64,000 nt of DNA from assembly GCA_964391975.1 (NCBI GenBank), contig CAYMNZ010000001.1:262978-326977 (forward strand), written 5' to 3'. Both the position numbers and the translations under genes were made by a program. Origin of the DNA: an uncultured Candidatus Saccharibacteria bacterium (GTDB taxonomy: Bacteria > Patescibacteriota > Minisyncoccia > Phycocordibacterales > Phycocordibacteraceae). The notes under the pieces are model-generated. The model did not search any database and was not told where the DNA came from. It saw nothing but the letters and a program-made list of their open reading frames with translations. Shown here in pieces: positions 60,654 through 64,000 of this stretch (position 1 is its first letter; each line of letters opens with the position of its first letter).

Positions 60654-62111
60654 ATGTGTGGCGTCATTGGTATTTCCTCCCGTAAGCCAGTCGCAGGGGA
60701 GCTGTATGAGGGTCTCATCAACCTCCAGCACCGCGGCCAGGACTCGACCGGTATCGCCACATTCAACGGCCGTTTCCATGTAGTGCGTGGCGTCGGCTAC
60801 GTACGCGAAGCCTACAACCAAGCAGCCTTTGAGGAGCTAGCAGGGAACATGGGCATCGCGCAGACTCGCTACTCCACTGCAGGTTCTGCCACACAGGTTG
60901 GGAACGCCCAACCTTTTCTTACAAATTCCGCTTATGGAATAGCGCTTGTACATAACGGTAATCTCACGAACTACCCACAGCTTCGTAAGGAACTTCAGGA
61001 GAACGATCATTTTCATTGCAATTCAGATTCAGACACCGAGGCACTCCTAGGGGTCTTTGCTACTGAACTCCAGAAGGCACCGGACTCAAAGCAGTTCTTT
61101 GATACCGTTTGCGCGGCCATGGAGCAGGTCTACAAGCGTGTGCACGGAGGGTACGCAGTGGTCGGTGTGATTGCTGGAAAGGGCATGTTTGCCTTCCGCG
61201 ATCAGCACGGCATTCGTCCGCTCGTCATGGGAAAGAGGGATGCGAACGAGTACGTTTTCTCCTCTGAGAACACGCCGTTCACTCCGCTTGGCTTTGAGTA
61301 CGTTGGAGATGTGGAGGCAGGGGAATTGGTCTTTGTGGATACTGAAGGCAACATCTTCCGCAAGAAGATTGTGAACGAGCAGTTCACCCCGGATGTCTTT
61401 GAATACGTGTACTTCGCTCGTCCGGATGCCGTGTTGAACAATGTCTCGGTGTACAGGGCTCGCCTGCGCATGGGACAGAACCTCGCTCAGAGATGGAAGG
61501 AGCTCCATCCAGACATCACCCCTGACCTTGTGGTTCCGGTGCCGTTTACCTCAAACCCAATTGCACTTGCCTTTGCCCACGAGATTGGCGTTCGCTACTC
61601 CGAAGCCCTCTACCGCAACATCTTCATTGGCAGGACCTTCATCATGCCAGGGCAGGACAACCGCTCGAAGTCGGTGCGCCGTAAGCTCTCACCTCAAGCA
61701 ATTGAGCTTGAAGGAAAGGATGTGCTTCTTGTTGATGACTCGATTGTTCGCGGTACCACGACCAAGGAAGTGATTGAAATGGTGCGCAGGGCAGGAGCAC
61801 GCAAGGTGTATTTCGCTTCTGCCTGTCCGCCCATCATGTACCCGGATTTTTACGGCATCGACATTCCAACCAAGGATGAACTCATTGCTGCACGTAAGAC
61901 CGTCCCTGAAATCCAGAAGTTCATCGGTGCTGATCTTCTGGTCTACCAGACCATTGAAGGACTTTCTGAGGCAATCATGCGCAAGGGCGAGCACGATATC
62001 GATCGTCTCTCCATGCCGTATCTTGATGGGTGGTATGTCACTGGAGACATTGATGAGGCACGAATGGAGGAGGTGAAGAAGACGCGCACTGACGAGCGCG
62101 CCTACGACTAA
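60654..62111 (+). CDS. purF: amidophosphoribosyltransferase
   Basis: N-terminal MCGV (Ntn Cys) and a PRTase domain. Confidence 0.9.
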   Translation: MCGVIGISSRKPVAGELYEGLINLQHRGQDSTGIATFNGRFHVVRGVGYVREAYNQAAFEELAGNMGIAQTRYSTAGSATQVGNAQPFLTNSAYGIALVHNGNLTNYPQLRKELQENDHFHCNSDSDTEALLGVFATELQKAPDSKQFFDTVCAAMEQVYKRVHGGYAVVGVIAGKGMFAFRDQHGIRPLVMGKRDANEYVFSSENTPFTPLGFEYVGDVEAGELVFVDTEGNIFRKKIVNEQFTPDVFEYVYFARPDAVLNNVSVYRARLRMGQNLAQRWKELHPDITPDLVVPVPFTSNPIALAFAHEIGVRYSEALYRNIFIGRTFIMPGQDNRSKSVRRKLSPQAIELEGKDVLLVDDSIVRGTTTKEVIEMVRRAGARKVYFASACPPIMYPDFYGIDIPTKDELIAARKTVPEIQKFIGADLLVYQTIEGLSEAIMRKGEHDIDRLSMPYLDGWYVTGDIDEARMEEVKKTRTDERAYD

Positions 62112-62148
62112 CTTTGACTAGCTAAGTGCTTTCGGGCATATTTTTTAT

Positions 62149-62697
62149 ATGAATGACGATGACGTCGTATTGGATACCGATGGCCTTGAAGAAGGTGGCA
62201 GCGAGGAAGACCTCGAAGCTATAGAGGCAGATGCTACAGGCCGAGTAAAGAAGCTCAAGAGTGAGCTCGAGAAAGTGCGCAAAGAAAAACAGGAATACCT
62301 TGACGGCTGGCAGCGCGCCAAAGCTGACTACGTGAACGCTCTTAAGCGCTTTGAGGCGGAGAAGCTTGGCGCAGTCTCTCTGGGCAAGCTCGTGAGTGTG
62401 CAGGCCTTTCTCCCGGCAATAGACTCACTTGATCGTGCTGAAGCTGCAGGGGATGTACCCGAGTCTTTCAGGGGCATTGCCAAGCAACTCCATGACGCTG
62501 CAAAGACGCTTGGTCTCGAGAAATTCGGTACCGTAGGGGAGGCGTTTGACCCAAATATGCACGAAGCCCTCGGGCAGGACCCAGCTGCCTCAGCCGAGGA
62601 AGACGATACCGTGACCGCAATTCTAGAACCCGGATGGAAGTCCAGGGATTCGGTTGTTCGCGCTGCTAAGGTCCGGGTCGCACACTTCGAAGGTTAG
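62149..62697 (+). CDS. grpE: nucleotide exchange factor GrpE
   Basis: Acidic N-terminus, a coiled coil and a GrpE C-terminal beta domain. Confidence 0.85.
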   Translation: MNDDDVVLDTDGLEEGGSEEDLEAIEADATGRVKKLKSELEKVRKEKQEYLDGWQRAKADYVNALKRFEAEKLGAVSLGKLVSVQAFLPAIDSLDRAEAAGDVPESFRGIAKQLHDAAKTLGLEKFGTVGEAFDPNMHEALGQDPAASAEEDDTVTAILEPGWKSRDSVVRAAKVRVAHFEG

Positions 62698-62936
62698 GCC
62701 TTCGATTTCGCAGCTGCTTTTGCAACAGGTTTGGTGACCATCTTTGCGTATGGACCCTTTGGGGTCTGTACGATTGAGAAGCACACCTTATCGCCCTTTT
62801 TGAGATCCGAGAACCGCACGTCTCGGAGGTCGTCTGAATGGAAAAAGAGGGGTTCTTTCACGCCAACTATGCGGATGAAGCCGAAGCCGCTTGCGCGTTC
62901 GACGAGTTCCGTGATGATTCCCTTGTGCGTTGCCAT
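62694..62936 (-). CDS. cold-shock domain protein
   Basis: GFGFI RNP1-like motif and a Lys/Ala tail. Confidence 0.8.
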   Translation of the reverse strand: MATHKGIITELVERASGFGFIRIVGVKEPLFFHSDDLRDVRFSDLKKGDKVCFSIVQTPKGPYAKMVTKPVAKAAAKSKA

Positions 62937-62977
62937 GATGTTGTACAAAAAGGCACCCCGAAAGGTGCCGTTTCTGA

Positions 62978-63178
62978 TTAGACGCGGCGGACGTTAACGG
63001 CCCGTGGTCCTTTCTCTGCCTGTTCGACTTCGAACGAGACAGTGTCGCCAACCTTAAGGTCGTCAAACGCTACGTCCACCAAACCGTTGGAGTGGAAGAA
63101 GAGATCCTTCTCCTCACCATCGCGCTTGATGAAACCGAAGCCTTTGTCCGTTACGGCGGCTATTGTTCCTTGCTGCAT
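62978..63178 (-). CDS. cold-shock protein (CspA family)
   Basis: KGFGFIKRDG..DLFFH.. Confidence 0.85.
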   Translation of the reverse strand: MQQGTIAAVTDKGFGFIKRDGEEKDLFFHSNGLVDVAFDDLKVGDTVSFEVEQAEKGPRAVNVRRV

Positions 63179-63334
63179 ACGTTGTAAGAGCTTTGCACCT
63201 GATAACTATCAAGTACAGGTACTGACATCGGAGGCTCGACAGTCTCTTAGCGCAGCGCTGCGATTTGACTCTTGGATATTAGCATAGAACCCGGCCTGTG
63301 TCGACCCCTTCTTCCTTGGTATACTAGAGAGATT

Positions 63335-63622
63335 ATGTCAGAAACTCACAGACCAAAAGGAGAGGTTGCTCACTTTCGTAGCCCAGATGCTGCTGTAGAT
63401 TTCCCTCGGAAGGAATCTCCAGCTGCCCAGATACGGAGAATTACGAACATTATCAATATCTCAAAGGCTGCAATTAACGAGGCCCGCGCGGCGCTTACGA
63501 AACTCGATGCAGGGGAGTCCATGCCCTTCGAGCGTGAGGTATACGAAGAAAGCATCCTCGACTATGAGGCTTCTATCGAGGCGCTTGAAGAGCATGTGAA
63601 AGGTTTGAGGACACACAAGTAA
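63335..63622 (+). CDS. hypothetical protein
   Basis: Internal Met chosen as start. The track ORF starts at 63272. Confidence 0.3.
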   Translation: MSETHRPKGEVAHFRSPDAAVDFPRKESPAAQIRRITNIINISKAAINEARAALTKLDAGESMPFEREVYEESILDYEASIEALEEHVKGLRTHK

Positions 63623-63632
63623 GAAAGACTTG

Positions 63633-63650
63633 AACCCAGAAATCTCTGGG
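63633..63650 (+). promoter_or_regulatory. 7 bp inverted repeat ACCCAGA-AATC-TCTGGGT upstream of dnaK
   Basis: Perfect inverted repeat. No T-tract follows, so an operator or RNA structure is more likely than a terminator. Not CIRCE. Confidence 0.35.
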
Positions 63651-63709
63651 TGTAAACTGAATAGATAAGGGCATTAGGGGTTCAGACACTATTAATAGGG
63701 ACTGTGTAA

Positions 63710-64000
<291 letters not shown>

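Overview
This 64 kb window looks like a housekeeping-rich stretch of a small bacterial genome of roughly 50-55% GC. The truncated UvrC, AlaS without its C-terminal domain, a PurS-PurL fusion and the short ATP synthase delta and epsilon subunits are consistent with a reduced-genome lineage. Gene order, start to end: tgt (5' partial); uvrB; a GNAT-like ORF; a two-gene ATP-citrate-lyase-like pair; a hypothetical; uvrA; a short uvrC; ddl; pterin-4a-carbinolamine dehydratase; a convergent TauD-family dioxygenase. Next comes a cluster of five tRNAs: Ala-UGC, Pro-CGG, Val-CAC, Pro-UGG and Ala-GGC. They are interleaved with a low-GC islet of membrane ORFs, a T4 endonuclease V (DenV) family pyrimidine-dimer glycosylase, a SWIB domain protein, a NUDIX hydrolase and an acidic-repeat membrane protein. 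Then follow the complete F1Fo ATP synthase operon with an extra unknown ORF wedged between atpG and atpD, membrane proteins and a flavodoxin-like NAD(P)H oxidoreductase, ychF, leuS, and a protein combining a sigma-70 region 4 HTH with a HARE-HTH. The pur operon follows (PurS-PurL fusion, purQ, an unknown ORF, purE, purM, purC, purB), then mnmA. Downstream is a DNA repair or defence-like cluster: an ATP-cone plus Mrr-like endonuclease, a Cas4/RecB-like Fe-S nuclease, an MGMT-domain protein and ung. After a convergent M13 peptidase there is an array of five consecutive small or accessory genes plus alaS. Each is preceded by a conserved motif of about 27 nt, a -10 box and a start codon 6-7 nt later, which looks leaderless. 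The window ends with an actin-like ATPase, infA-rpmJ-rpsM-rpsK-rpsD-rpoA-rplQ, rplM-rpsI, purF, grpE, two csp genes and the start of dnaK. The strongest candidates for novelty are the repeated promoter-like motif array, the nuclease/MGMT/ATP-cone cluster, the tRNA-adjacent low-GC islet with the DenV-like gene, the ORF inserted in the ATP synthase operon, and the sigma-r4/HARE-HTH protein. No CRISPR array, transposase or integrase was recognised. Where a start differs from the supplied ORF track, the reason is given in the evidence field.
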